24,547 nt of DNA from an uncultured Clostridia bacterium (lineage in GTDB: Bacteria; Bacillota; Clostridia; Christensenellales; CAG-138): positions 1-24,547 of the forward strand of contig CAMHDC010000001.1 in NCBI GenBank assembly GCA_946183765.1. Direction: 5' to 3'. The notes under the pieces were generated by a model that did not search any database, was not told the DNA's origin, and saw nothing but the letters and a program-made list of their open reading frames with translations. The stretch's first letter is position 1, and each line of letters begins with the position of its first letter. Below, one piece after another: positions 16,499-24,467 of the stretch. The translations under genes were made by a program, and so were the position numbers.

Positions 16499-17893
16499 AT
16501 GGTCTTCTCGTCCCTGACATTTCTGTTTGCCTTTTTGCCGGTCACGCTGCTGGGCTATCGGCTTTTGCCGAAGAAGCTGCGGATCGGCTTTCTGCTGCTG
16601 GCGAGCCTGATCTTCTATGCTTGGGGCGAGCCCCTGTATGTGTTTTTGATGATCGGCTCCATCCTGGTGAACTGGCTGATCGGGTTCAAGGTCGCAGGCG
16701 ACGGTCCCCGCCGGAAGCCCTGGCTGGTGCTGGCCATCGCGCTGAATCTGTCCCTTTTGCTCGTCTTCAAGTATACGGGCCTCATCTGGGACACGGTGAA
16801 AGGCCTGTTTCCGTCGCCCCTTTGCGACAAGACCGTGGCCATCCGGCTGCCCATCGGCATCTCCTTCTTCACCTTTCAGATCATGTCCTACGTGATCGAC
16901 GTGTACCGGGGCAACGCGCAGGCTCAGAGGAGCCCCGTCGTCTTCGGGGCCTACGTGTCCATGTTCCCCCAGCTCATTGCGGGGCCCATCGTTCGCTATG
17001 TGGATATCGAGGCGCAGCTGGACAGGCCGGATCTGTCCCTGGAGAGCTTCTCCCGGGGCGTGGAGCTGTTCGCGGTGGGTTTGGGGAAAAAGGTGCTCCT
17101 GGCCAACGGCGTGGCCGTTCTGTGGCGGGAGCTGTCCCAAATGCCCGGGCAGACCGGCGTCCTGGGGGCCTGGGTGGGCCTTTTGGCCTATACCTTCCAA
17201 ATCTATTTCGATTTCTCCGGCTACTCCGACATGGCCTGCGGCTTGGGGCGGATGCTGGGATTCCGGTTCGTGGAGAACTTCCATTATCCCTACGTGGCCG
17301 AGAGCGTCACGGACTTCTGGCGGCGCTGGCACATCAGCCTCTCCACCTGGTTCAGGGAGTACGTGTACATCCCCCTGGGGGGCAACCGGCGGGGCCTTCA
17401 GCGGCAGATCGTGAATCTGCTGATCGTCTGGATGCTCACAGGCCTCTGGCACGGAGCCAGCTGGAACTTCCTCCTGTGGGGCCTCTACTACGGGGTGCTG
17501 CTGATCCTGGAGAAGCTGTTTCTGGGGAAGCTCCTGCATAAGCTCCCCAAGCTCCTTCGGCAGCTGATCACCTTCCTCATAGCGGCCCTGGGCTGGGGGA
17601 TCTTCTATTTCACGGATTTCGGTGCCCTGGGCGTCTTCTTCGCCTCCCTGGCGGGGGTGGGGAATCCGGGGCTGGTCACGCCCGCGGCTTGGGCGTGGGT
17701 GCTGGGGTATCTGCCCCTGCTCCTGGTTTGCGCCGTGGCGTCCACCCCCCTGGGCGCGAACGTGAGCAAACGGCTGGAAAGCAGGCGGGCTTGGCCCTGG
17801 GTGCGGCTTGTTTTGGGCGCCGCGCTGTTCCTGCTTTGCCTGGGGGCCCTCGCCTCCCAGAGCTACAACCCGTTCATCTATTTCCGGTTCTGA
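16499..17893 (+). CDS. MBOAT family O-acyltransferase (AlgI/PatA/DltB-like)
   Basis: 'MVFSSLTFLFAFLP', 'LPIGISFFTFQIMSYVIDVYRG', 'FPQLIAGPIVRY', 'YTFQIYFDFSGYSDMA', 'DFWRRWHISLSTWFREYVYIPLGGNR', catalytic 'GLWHGASWNF' (His318). Confidence 0.95.
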   Translation: MVFSSLTFLFAFLPVTLLGYRLLPKKLRIGFLLLASLIFYAWGEPLYVFLMIGSILVNWLIGFKVAGDGPRRKPWLVLAIALNLSLLLVFKYTGLIWDTVKGLFPSPLCDKTVAIRLPIGISFFTFQIMSYVIDVYRGNAQAQRSPVVFGAYVSMFPQLIAGPIVRYVDIEAQLDRPDLSLESFSRGVELFAVGLGKKVLLANGVAVLWRELSQMPGQTGVLGAWVGLLAYTFQIYFDFSGYSDMACGLGRMLGFRFVENFHYPYVAESVTDFWRRWHISLSTWFREYVYIPLGGNRRGLQRQIVNLLIVWMLTGLWHGASWNFLLWGLYYGVLLILEKLFLGKLLHKLPKLLRQLITFLIAALGWGIFYFTDFGALGVFFASLAGVGNPGLVTPAAWAWVLGYLPLLLVCAVASTPLGANVSKRLESRRAWPWVRLVLGAALFLLCLGALASQSYNPFIYFRF

Positions 17894-17905
17894 GGGGGTG
17901 CGGAT

Positions 17906-19027
17906 ATGAAGCGAAAAGCATGCAATATCGTCACCGTGGCCCTGTTCCTGGCCCTCATCACCGTGGTGCCTCTCTACTGGCTCCTGTTCCCACGCAAGAC
18001 CTTCTCCGACAGCGAGCGCCGGTATCTTGCTGAGCCGCCCAAGCTCAGTGCGGCGGATCTGAAGGACTGGTCCTTCGATGACGCGGCGGAGACCTATTTA
18101 GCCGACCAGCTTCCCTGCCGGGACGCCCTGGTGGGTCTGAACGCCTATACGGTGCTTTTGACCGGGCGGCAGGTATCGGCGGAGATTTGGCGGGACAGGG
18201 CGGGATATCTGGTCGAACCGCCGGTGAAGGTGGCGCCGGATCAGGTCCAAAAGCGCCTGAACCGCATCGCATCCCTGGGGGAGAAGACGGGCCTGCCCGT
18301 CTACGTCGTGGCGGTGCCCTCCACGGGTTATGTCCGCCGGGCCGCGTTGCCCCGGGCTCTGGGGGCGCTCTATGAGGACCGCGATCTGATCAAGCGCATC
18401 TCGGATACCCCCGGCATCACTGCCGTTCCCCTGGAGGAGACGTTCCTGCGGGAGGGGCAAAGCTGGTATTACCGCACCGATCACCACTGGACCGGAGAAG
18501 GGGCTTACGCCGCCTACCGGCTGTTTATGGCGGCGGCGGGCCATGAGCCGCTGTCCTATGACGAGTATACCCATCGCACGGTGGACGGGTACGTGGGCTC
18601 CACCCGTTCCCGGTCCGCCCTGTGGCTCACGAAGCCGGACTCGCTGACCATCGACGAGCCCGCGAATGCTTCGGTCACGGTCGCCTTTTCCGACGACGAC
18701 AAAGTCTACGACAGCCTCTTCTTCTACGATCATTTGACCGAGTACGACTGGTATCCCCTGTTCTTGGACGGGAACCATCCGCTGACCGTGATAGAGAACC
18801 AAACCGCCCCCGCCGACGCCCCCACCCTCATGCTGGTGAAGGACTCCTTCGGCAATACCCTGACGCCCCTGCTGGTGCCTTCCTATAAAAAGATCGTGCT
18901 GGTGGATCCCCGGTACTATCGGGGGAGCGTGTCGGATCTTTGCCGGGAGCATGGGGCGGACGAGCTGCTGTTCTGCTATTCCCTGGAGCGCATCTGCACC
19001 GATCTGAACCTTTCCATATTGAAATAA
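17906..19027 (+). CDS. DHHW family protein (AlgJ/AlgX-like permuted SGNH O-acyltransferase)
   Basis: N-terminal TM anchor; 'YYRTDHHWT' (Asp192, His194) upstream of 'LVKDSFGN' (Ser314); 'LVDPRYY'. Confidence 0.9.
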   Translation: MKRKACNIVTVALFLALITVVPLYWLLFPRKTFSDSERRYLAEPPKLSAADLKDWSFDDAAETYLADQLPCRDALVGLNAYTVLLTGRQVSAEIWRDRAGYLVEPPVKVAPDQVQKRLNRIASLGEKTGLPVYVVAVPSTGYVRRAALPRALGALYEDRDLIKRISDTPGITAVPLEETFLREGQSWYYRTDHHWTGEGAYAAYRLFMAAAGHEPLSYDEYTHRTVDGYVGSTRSRSALWLTKPDSLTIDEPANASVTVAFSDDDKVYDSLFFYDHLTEYDWYPLFLDGNHPLTVIENQTAPADAPTLMLVKDSFGNTLTPLLVPSYKKIVLVDPRYYRGSVSDLCREHGADELLFCYSLERICTDLNLSILK

Positions 19028-19036
19028 GGAGGCCCC

Positions 19037-20287
19037 ATGGACAGGACGCCCTTCTATGAGCAGGTCAGGGACCGGCTGATCCGGTACGCCCGGGTGGACA
19101 CCCAGTCCGCCCGGGTGAGCGACACCGTGCCCACCACGAAGAAGCAGTTCGACCTGGCGCGCATGCTGCGGGACGAGCTTATGAAGATCGGCGCGGCGGA
19201 CGTGTGGCTGGACGAGGAGAAGTGCGTCCTCTACGGCCGGGTGCCCGCCACCGCGGAGGGGGGCATGGCCTTCGGCCTCGTCACCCACATGGACACGGCC
19301 CCCGACGCCCCCGGCGAAAACTGCAAACCCTGGGTGCTGGAGGGGTACGACGGCGGGGACATCCTGCTGAACCCCGGGCAGGGGATCGTCATGTCTCCCC
19401 GGGAGTTTCCGAACCTGAAAAACTACGTGGGCCAGGACCTGGTCCTCACCGACGGCACCACCCTCCTGGGCGGTGACGACAAGGCCGCCATCGCCGCGGT
19501 CATGACCTTCGCGGAGCATCTTTTATCCCATCCCGACATACCCCACGGGCTCATCGCCCTGGCCTTCACTCCCGACGAAGAAGTTGGGGGGCTCGCCAGG
19601 GACCTGGACCTCGCGCGCTTCGGGGCCAAGGTGGCCTACACCCTGGACGGGGACTATCTGGGCTACTATGAGGACGAGACCTTCAACGCCTCCCGCGCCA
19701 CCGCCCTGTTCCGGGGCCGCAGCGTCCATACGGGCACGGCCAAGGGCATCCTGATCAACGCCGCGGACATGGCGGCGGAGTTCGTTTCTCTGCTGCCGCC
19801 CCGCGAGAAGCCCCAGTTCACCGAGGGCCGGGAGGGGTTCTTCCATCTGGTGTCCGTGAAGGCCGGCGTGGAGCAGGCCCAGGTGGACCTCATCATCCGG
19901 GACCACGACGCCGCCCTCTTTGCCCGGCGGGAGCAGCTCCTCCGGGAGACAGCCGCCCAAATGGGGGAGAAGTACGGCCCCGACCGGGTCAGCCTGACCA
20001 TCGTCCCCACCTACCGGAACATGAAGGAGGTCATCGACCGGTATCCCTTCCTCATCGACAACCTGACCAAGGCCATCCGTCTTGCAGGGCTCACGCCCCG
20101 ATCCGTCCCCTTCCGGGGCGGCACGGACGGCTCGGCCCTCTCCCATCGGGGCCTTCCCTGCCCCAATCTGTCCGCGGGGTACGAGAACGCCCACGGCCGG
20201 TTCGAGTATGTGCCCATCCGATCCATGGAGAAGAACGTGGAGATTCTGCTGCACCTGGCGCGCCTGTTTGGAGCCATGGAGGCGTAG
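19037..20287 (+). CDS. pepT: Peptidase T (M20B tripeptide aminopeptidase)
   Basis: 'RYARVDTQS', 'HMDT', 'TDGTTLLGGDDKAAIA', 'FTPDEEVG', 'AYTLDG', 'ETFNA', 'REGFFHL', 'RGGTDG', 'HGRFEY'. Confidence 0.95.
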   Translation: MDRTPFYEQVRDRLIRYARVDTQSARVSDTVPTTKKQFDLARMLRDELMKIGAADVWLDEEKCVLYGRVPATAEGGMAFGLVTHMDTAPDAPGENCKPWVLEGYDGGDILLNPGQGIVMSPREFPNLKNYVGQDLVLTDGTTLLGGDDKAAIAAVMTFAEHLLSHPDIPHGLIALAFTPDEEVGGLARDLDLARFGAKVAYTLDGDYLGYYEDETFNASRATALFRGRSVHTGTAKGILINAADMAAEFVSLLPPREKPQFTEGREGFFHLVSVKAGVEQAQVDLIIRDHDAALFARREQLLRETAAQMGEKYGPDRVSLTIVPTYRNMKEVIDRYPFLIDNLTKAIRLAGLTPRSVPFRGGTDGSALSHRGLPCPNLSAGYENAHGRFEYVPIRSMEKNVEILLHLARLFGAMEA

Positions 20288-20296
20288 GAGACGGCT

Positions 20297-20695
20297 ATGG
20301 AGGGGTTTTCGTCGGCGGAATTGCTCTTTTTCCAGGGCCGTGAGGCGGCATTGCCCCTGTATGCCGCGGTTCGGGACAGGGTGCTGGCGGTCTGCCCCCG
20401 GGCCCGGATCGATGTGAAGAAGACCCAGATCTCCTTCTTCGCCCGGTATATGTTCGCCGCCGTTTCCTTCCTGCCGGTGGGGAAGGCCCAGGATCGGCCC
20501 AAGCCCTTCCTCACCCTGAGCCTGTGTCTGCCGGCGCGGCCGGAGAGCCTTCCCGTGGCCGCCGCGTCGGAACCCTATCCGGGCCGGTGGACCGTTCACG
20601 TCCTGCTGGGCGGCCCGGAGGACGTGGATGAAACGCTGACGGGCTATCTTTCAGCGGCGGTGGACTTTGCCGAACGGAAGGGGCGAAGGGCATGA
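20297..20695 (+). CDS. DUF5655-like protein
   Basis: 'IDVKKTQISFFARYMFAAVSF' and 'EPYPGRWTVHV' match my recollection of DUF5655 proteins from Clostridia; RBS AGGAG. Confidence 0.65.
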   Translation: MEGFSSAELLFFQGREAALPLYAAVRDRVLAVCPRARIDVKKTQISFFARYMFAAVSFLPVGKAQDRPKPFLTLSLCLPARPESLPVAAASEPYPGRWTVHVLLGGPEDVDETLTGYLSAAVDFAERKGRRA

Positions 20696-20967
20696 GATTC
20701 GAATTCGACGCCGTTTTGCACGAGCTCCCCGAGGGCGGGGCCTACGTGGCCTTTCCCGGGGATATCCGGCAGATCTTCGGCAAGGGCCGGGTGAAGGTCA
20801 GCGCCGCCTTCGACGGCGTGCCCTATGCGGGCAGCATCGTGAACATGGGTCTTAAGAACCCGGACGGGTCCGTATGCTATATCATCGGCGTCCTGAAAGC
20901 CATTCGCAAGCAGTTGGGAAAGAAGGACGGGGACACCCTGCACGTGATCCTGGAAGAAAGGGAATAG
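20692..20967 (+). CDS. DUF1905 domain protein
   Basis: 'GAYVAFP.DIRQIFGKGRVKVSAAFDGVPYAGSIVNMG' and 'KAIRKQLGKKDGD.LHV' fit DUF1905; ATGA overlap with the previous gene. Confidence 0.85.
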   Translation: MRFEFDAVLHELPEGGAYVAFPGDIRQIFGKGRVKVSAAFDGVPYAGSIVNMGLKNPDGSVCYIIGVLKAIRKQLGKKDGDTLHVILEERE

Positions 20968-20976
20968 GAGGCAGCC

Positions 20977-21315
20977 ATGACCGTCAACGTCTATGAACAG
21001 TATTTCGAAGGGGACCTGGTGGCCAACGGCGTGGAGCGCCGGGCCGTGCTGGTCATGCTGATCGCCGATTCCGAGGCGGGCCGCATCCGCTACGAGGCGG
21101 CGGCCGCCTTCTTCCCCCATCGGGACGAGGAGGATTTCGCCGTTTCCTACGACGCCTGGTACAGCACCGTCCTCTTCGACGCGCCCGGCCGCCGGTCCAG
21201 GAAGCGGGAGGAGAAGCTCCTCCTGGATCTTCGGGACGCCGTCGACGGCCTGGCCCGGGAAGCGGGCGGGATCGTCCGTTGGGATCGACCCCTGCGGGAG
21301 GCCCGCAGAGGCTGA
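20977..21315 (+). CDS. Conserved hypothetical protein (112 aa)
   Basis: Strong RBS AGGAGG, operon-like 9-bp gap and typical codon usage; no recognisable family. Confidence 0.75.
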   Translation: MTVNVYEQYFEGDLVANGVERRAVLVMLIADSEAGRIRYEAAAAFFPHRDEEDFAVSYDAWYSTVLFDAPGRRSRKREEKLLLDLRDAVDGLAREAGGIVRWDRPLREARRG

Positions 21316-21328
21316 AGGGATCCTCGTC

Positions 21329-21357
21329 TTGACAATCCGTAGGGGTTGGTATACAGT
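21329..21357 (+). promoter_or_regulatory. sigmaA promoter for the 21402 gene
   Basis: TTGACA (21329-21334), 17 bp, TACAGT (21352-21357). Confidence 0.7.
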
Positions 21358-21401
21358 TTGATAGATTAAACCGTCGGATAACGGCGAAAAGGAGGCTAAC
21401 G

Positions 21402-22154
21402 ATGAAGTGCGTCAACTGCGAGAAGGCGGAAGCGGCTGCCGCATGGGACAGCCTGGCGTTCGAGCGCCGCAAGGAGTGGCAGTCGGTCTACGAATGGGCC
21501 ACCGGCTATGAGAAGGCGGGCCTGTGTCCGGGCTGCCGGGCGAGGCTGGCCCGGGAGAACGCGGCCATGCTGTTCCCCAAAGCCCATCGGGGCCTGTGGA
21601 TCGCCGCGAACGTGCTGGGCGGCGTGGGCGCCGTGCTGGCCGTGCTGGACTTCTTCTACGGCTCGAAAAACAGCACGATCATCGGCGTGGCGTTGCTGCT
21701 GGCGTCGCTCCTGCTGGGCTATATGAAATGGAAGGACGACGGAGACGGCCCCCTGCTGGGCGTGTCGGTCTTCCTGTTCGCCGTGGGCGTCTACGGGATC
21801 GTCCGGACGCTGCTCTTTGCCGACTGGCGTCAGGCGGTGGGCGTCCCGGGCTGGATCAGCATGGCCCTCTTTTTGGCCGCAGCCCTGATCTACTGGGCGG
21901 GCGGCGCGCTGCTGAAGGGCCGCGCGGCCAAGACCGAGAGCGCGCTCGACCCCCTGCTGCTGGGCAAGGCCCAGCCGGAGGGGCATCGGTACGTGCCCCT
22001 GGGCGAATCCCTGTATAAGAACAAGAAGGCGTTTTTAGAGGTAAATTCTCTGCTGGATAAAAACGAAGAAAAAGTGTACGACGAGTTCATCGCTACGGGG
22101 AAATGGAACGAGCTGGTGAATCATCCCGAGCAGTTCCGATTCCTCAGCATGTGA
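21402..22154 (+). CDS. Hypothetical membrane protein with N-terminal CxxC...CxxC
   Basis: RBS AGGAGG; 'CVNC' at the N-terminus and 'CPGC' about 36 aa later, followed by about 4-5 hydrophobic helices and a soluble C-terminus. Confidence 0.75.
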   Translation: MKCVNCEKAEAAAAWDSLAFERRKEWQSVYEWATGYEKAGLCPGCRARLARENAAMLFPKAHRGLWIAANVLGGVGAVLAVLDFFYGSKNSTIIGVALLLASLLLGYMKWKDDGDGPLLGVSVFLFAVGVYGIVRTLLFADWRQAVGVPGWISMALFLAAALIYWAGGALLKGRAAKTESALDPLLLGKAQPEGHRYVPLGESLYKNKKAFLEVNSLLDKNEEKVYDEFIATGKWNELVNHPEQFRFLSM

Positions 22155-22182
22155 ACCGTCAAAAGAAGGAGGAAAAACAACT

Positions 22183-22962
22183 ATGTGGACCAGAAAAGAG
22201 CTGAAGGCGCGGGCTAAGATCGCCTTCCAGCGGAACTATTGGAGATGCGTGCTGGTGGCGCTCATTTTGGCGCTCCTGGCAGGCAGCGGCGCCGGCAGCA
22301 GCGTGCGCCGGAACGAGTATACGGCGGATCAGCAGGCGGCCATCCAGGACCTGGCGCAGAACAGCGACAACGCCCTGGCGCGGACGTTCTTCGGCCTGGT
22401 GGACCGGGAGGCGAAGCAGGCTTCCGCCCTGCATACCCCGCGCATCGCCATTTCTCTGGGCGGCCTGGGGCTGGTGGGCCTCCTACTGTCCATCCTGGTG
22501 TTCAACCCCCTCATCGTGGGCTGCTATCGGTTCTTCCTGAAGAACAGCCGGGGCGGCGCAGAGCTCAACGAGCTGGGCGCGGGCTTTAAGGACGACTGGG
22601 GGAACGTGGTGCTGGTCATGTTCCTGAGGAACCTGTTCCTCGTCCTGTGGACCTTGCTGTTCCTCGTCCCCGGCATCATCAAGGCATATTCCTATCGCAT
22701 GGTGCCCTACATTCTGAAGGAGCATCCGGAGTACTCCGGCACCAAGGCCATCACCCTGTCCCGCCAAATGATGAACGGACATAAGGCGGACGCCTTCGTG
22801 CTGGATCTGAGCTTCCTGGGCTGGGCGCTGCTGTCCGTGCTGACGGTGGGCATCCTGCACCTCTTCTATGTGGGACCCTACATCCAGGCCACCGACGCCG
22901 AGCTCTATGAGGCGGTCAAGGCGGACTACGAGGCCCGTCTCGCTGCCGGGACCGCGGCATAA
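22183..22962 (+). CDS. DUF975 family membrane protein
   Basis: 'RKELKARAK', 'LWTLLFLVPGIIKAYSYRMVPYIL', 'AITLSRQMMNGHK..AFVLDLSFLGW', 'YVGPY..AT.AELY'. Confidence 0.92.
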   Translation: MWTRKELKARAKIAFQRNYWRCVLVALILALLAGSGAGSSVRRNEYTADQQAAIQDLAQNSDNALARTFFGLVDREAKQASALHTPRIAISLGGLGLVGLLLSILVFNPLIVGCYRFFLKNSRGGAELNELGAGFKDDWGNVVLVMFLRNLFLVLWTLLFLVPGIIKAYSYRMVPYILKEHPEYSGTKAITLSRQMMNGHKADAFVLDLSFLGWALLSVLTVGILHLFYVGPYIQATDAELYEAVKADYEARLAAGTAA

Positions 22963-23001
22963 GCCGGGCAAAATAACATAAGACGACTTGTCCACGTTCC
23001 G

Positions 23002-23030
23002 TTGCGCTTTGCGGCGGAGCGTGATATACT
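23002..23030 (+). promoter_or_regulatory. sigmaA promoter for the E2-like gene
   Basis: TTGCGC (23002-23007), 17 bp, TATACT (23025-23030), with TG extension. Confidence 0.7.
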
Positions 23031-23074
23031 ATGCCATTATTGTATCGGCCCAAAGCCGCAGAAAGAGGTTCCCC

Positions 23075-23968
23075 ATGTTCGGAAGACGGCCCGACGGACG
23101 CCGGATCGACAAGATTGATCCCGTCATGAAGATCACCCCCTACATTATGCCCGAGCGCAGCGACGCCCAGGTGTTTTTGAAGCACCGGGCGGATATGGAG
23201 CGTATGTCCGCCTATATCCGGGAGCAGGCCCAGAAGGGGGAGCGGATCAGCTATATGCAGATCATCGTGGCGGCCTACGTGCGCGCCGTCAGCAGCAACC
23301 CCTTCGTGAACCGCTTCATCGTGAACAAGCAGCTCTTCGCCCGGAACAACTGCTCCGCGGCCTTCACCCTGCTGAAGGTCCCCCACCGGCCGGATCTGGG
23401 GGAAGCGGTGGTGAAGATCAAGTTCGATCTGGCCGATACCCTCTATGACGTGCGGGACAGGATGGACGCCGCCGTCAGCGCCGCCCGGGGCGAAAACGAG
23501 CAGGGGCCGGGGTTCATCGACAAGCTCCTTTCCTTCGTGTTCGCGGTGCCGGGCCTCGCCACGGTGATCGTGGCCCTGGTGAAGTTCCTGGACCGGTACG
23601 GCATCTGCCCCAGGTTCCTCATCGAGGAGCTGCCCTTCCACGTGGGCATGTACATCACCAACACCGCCTCCATCGGTCTGCACGAGGTGAACCACCACAT
23701 CTACAACTTCGGCAACGTGGGCCTGTTCTTCGGCATGGGCACCTCGGAGCAGGTGGCTGTGGAGGAGGGCGGGGCCATCCGCCTCAAGCGTTTTTTGCCC
23801 ATCGGCATCACCGCGGACGAGCGGGTCTGCTCCGGCGCCCACTACGCCCGGTTCTTCGCCGACATGCGCCGGTATCTCGACCATCCGGAGCTGCTGGAAC
23901 AGCCTCCGGTCTCCGTCCGCTTCGACGAGGGCATGGAGTACCACGAGCCAAAACCGAAAAAAGCATAG
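23075..23968 (+). CDS. Stand-alone 2-oxoacid dehydrogenase E2 catalytic-domain (CAT-fold) homolog (297 aa)
   Basis: Start ATG 23075 (RBS GAAAGAGG). C-terminal 'YITNTASIG...GITADERVCSGAHYARFF..MRRYLDHPELL' aligns by eye with E2 'TISNLG...SLSFDHRVIDGA.AARFL..LK..LE.P..L'. No lipoyl domain. Confidence 0.75.
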   Translation: MFGRRPDGRRIDKIDPVMKITPYIMPERSDAQVFLKHRADMERMSAYIREQAQKGERISYMQIIVAAYVRAVSSNPFVNRFIVNKQLFARNNCSAAFTLLKVPHRPDLGEAVVKIKFDLADTLYDVRDRMDAAVSAARGENEQGPGFIDKLLSFVFAVPGLATVIVALVKFLDRYGICPRFLIEELPFHVGMYITNTASIGLHEVNHHIYNFGNVGLFFGMGTSEQVAVEEGGAIRLKRFLPIGITADERVCSGAHYARFFADMRRYLDHPELLEQPPVSVRFDEGMEYHEPKPKKA

Positions 23969-23982
23969 GAATCTTACCCAAC

Positions 23983-24008
23983 GGCGCGGCGAAAACCGCG
24001 CCTTTTTT
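23983..24008 (+). terminator. Intrinsic terminator after the E2-like gene
   Basis: Stem GGCGCGG (23983-23989) / CCGCGCC (23996-24002) followed by TTTTTT. Confidence 0.8.
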
Positions 24009-24009
24009 G

Positions 24010-24038
24010 TTGACAAACCCGGGTGGCAGGTTTATACT
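24010..24038 (+). promoter_or_regulatory. sigmaA promoter of the metal-resistance operon
   Basis: TTGACA (24010-24015), 17 bp, TATACT (24033-24038). Confidence 0.9.
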
Positions 24039-24064
24039 AACATATGAACAGATGTTCATATGTT
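24039..24064. promoter_or_regulatory. SmtB/ArsR-type 12-2-12 operator
   Basis: AACATATGAACA-GA-TGTTCATATGTT is a perfect 12-bp inverted repeat with a 2-bp spacer, immediately after the -10 and before an ArsR/SmtB gene. Confidence 0.9.
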
Positions 24065-24083
24065 TTAGAAAGGAAGGGGACCA

Positions 24084-24467
24084 ATGGCGAAAAGGGATCA
24101 CGCGGAGGTGTGCGCGGAGGTGTGCACGCACCCGGAGATATTGGAGAAGGTGGCGCCGGAGATGCCCGACGAGGAGCGGCTGTACGACCTGGCGGAGCTG
24201 TTCAAGGTGTTCGGGGACACCACCCGCATCCGGATTCTATATGTGTTGTTCGAGTCGGAGATGTGCGTATGCGACATCGCGGAACTCCTCAACATGACCC
24301 AGTCCGCCATCTCCCACCAGCTGCGCATATTGAAGCAGGCGCACCTGGTCCGCAGCCGCCGGGACGGGAAGACCGTCTTCTACGCCTTGGACGACGACCA
24401 CGTCCGCACCGTCATCGGTCAGGGCATGGAGCATATCGAAGAAAAGCATGGGAGGAGAAAAGCATGA
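24084..24467 (+). CDS. ArsR/SmtB family metalloregulator (Zn/Cd/Co-sensing type)
   Basis: 'LAELFKVFGDTTRIRIL', 'EMCVCDIA', 'TQSAISHQLRILK', 'RRDGK.VFY.L', alpha5 motif D-x-H-x10-H-x2-E ('DDHVRTVIGQGMEHIEE'). Confidence 0.95.
   Translation: MAKRDHAEVCAEVCTHPEILEKVAPEMPDEERLYDLAELFKVFGDTTRIRILYVLFESEMCVCDIAELLNMTQSAISHQLRILKQAHLVRSRRDGKTVFYALDDDHVRTVIGQGMEHIEEKHGRRKA

Noticed and set aside
16499-19027. dlt operon (D-alanylation of teichoic acids)
   Set aside because: No DltA ligase or DltC carrier nearby; the MBOAT motifs and DHHW partner fit the AlgI/AlgJ-like type better.
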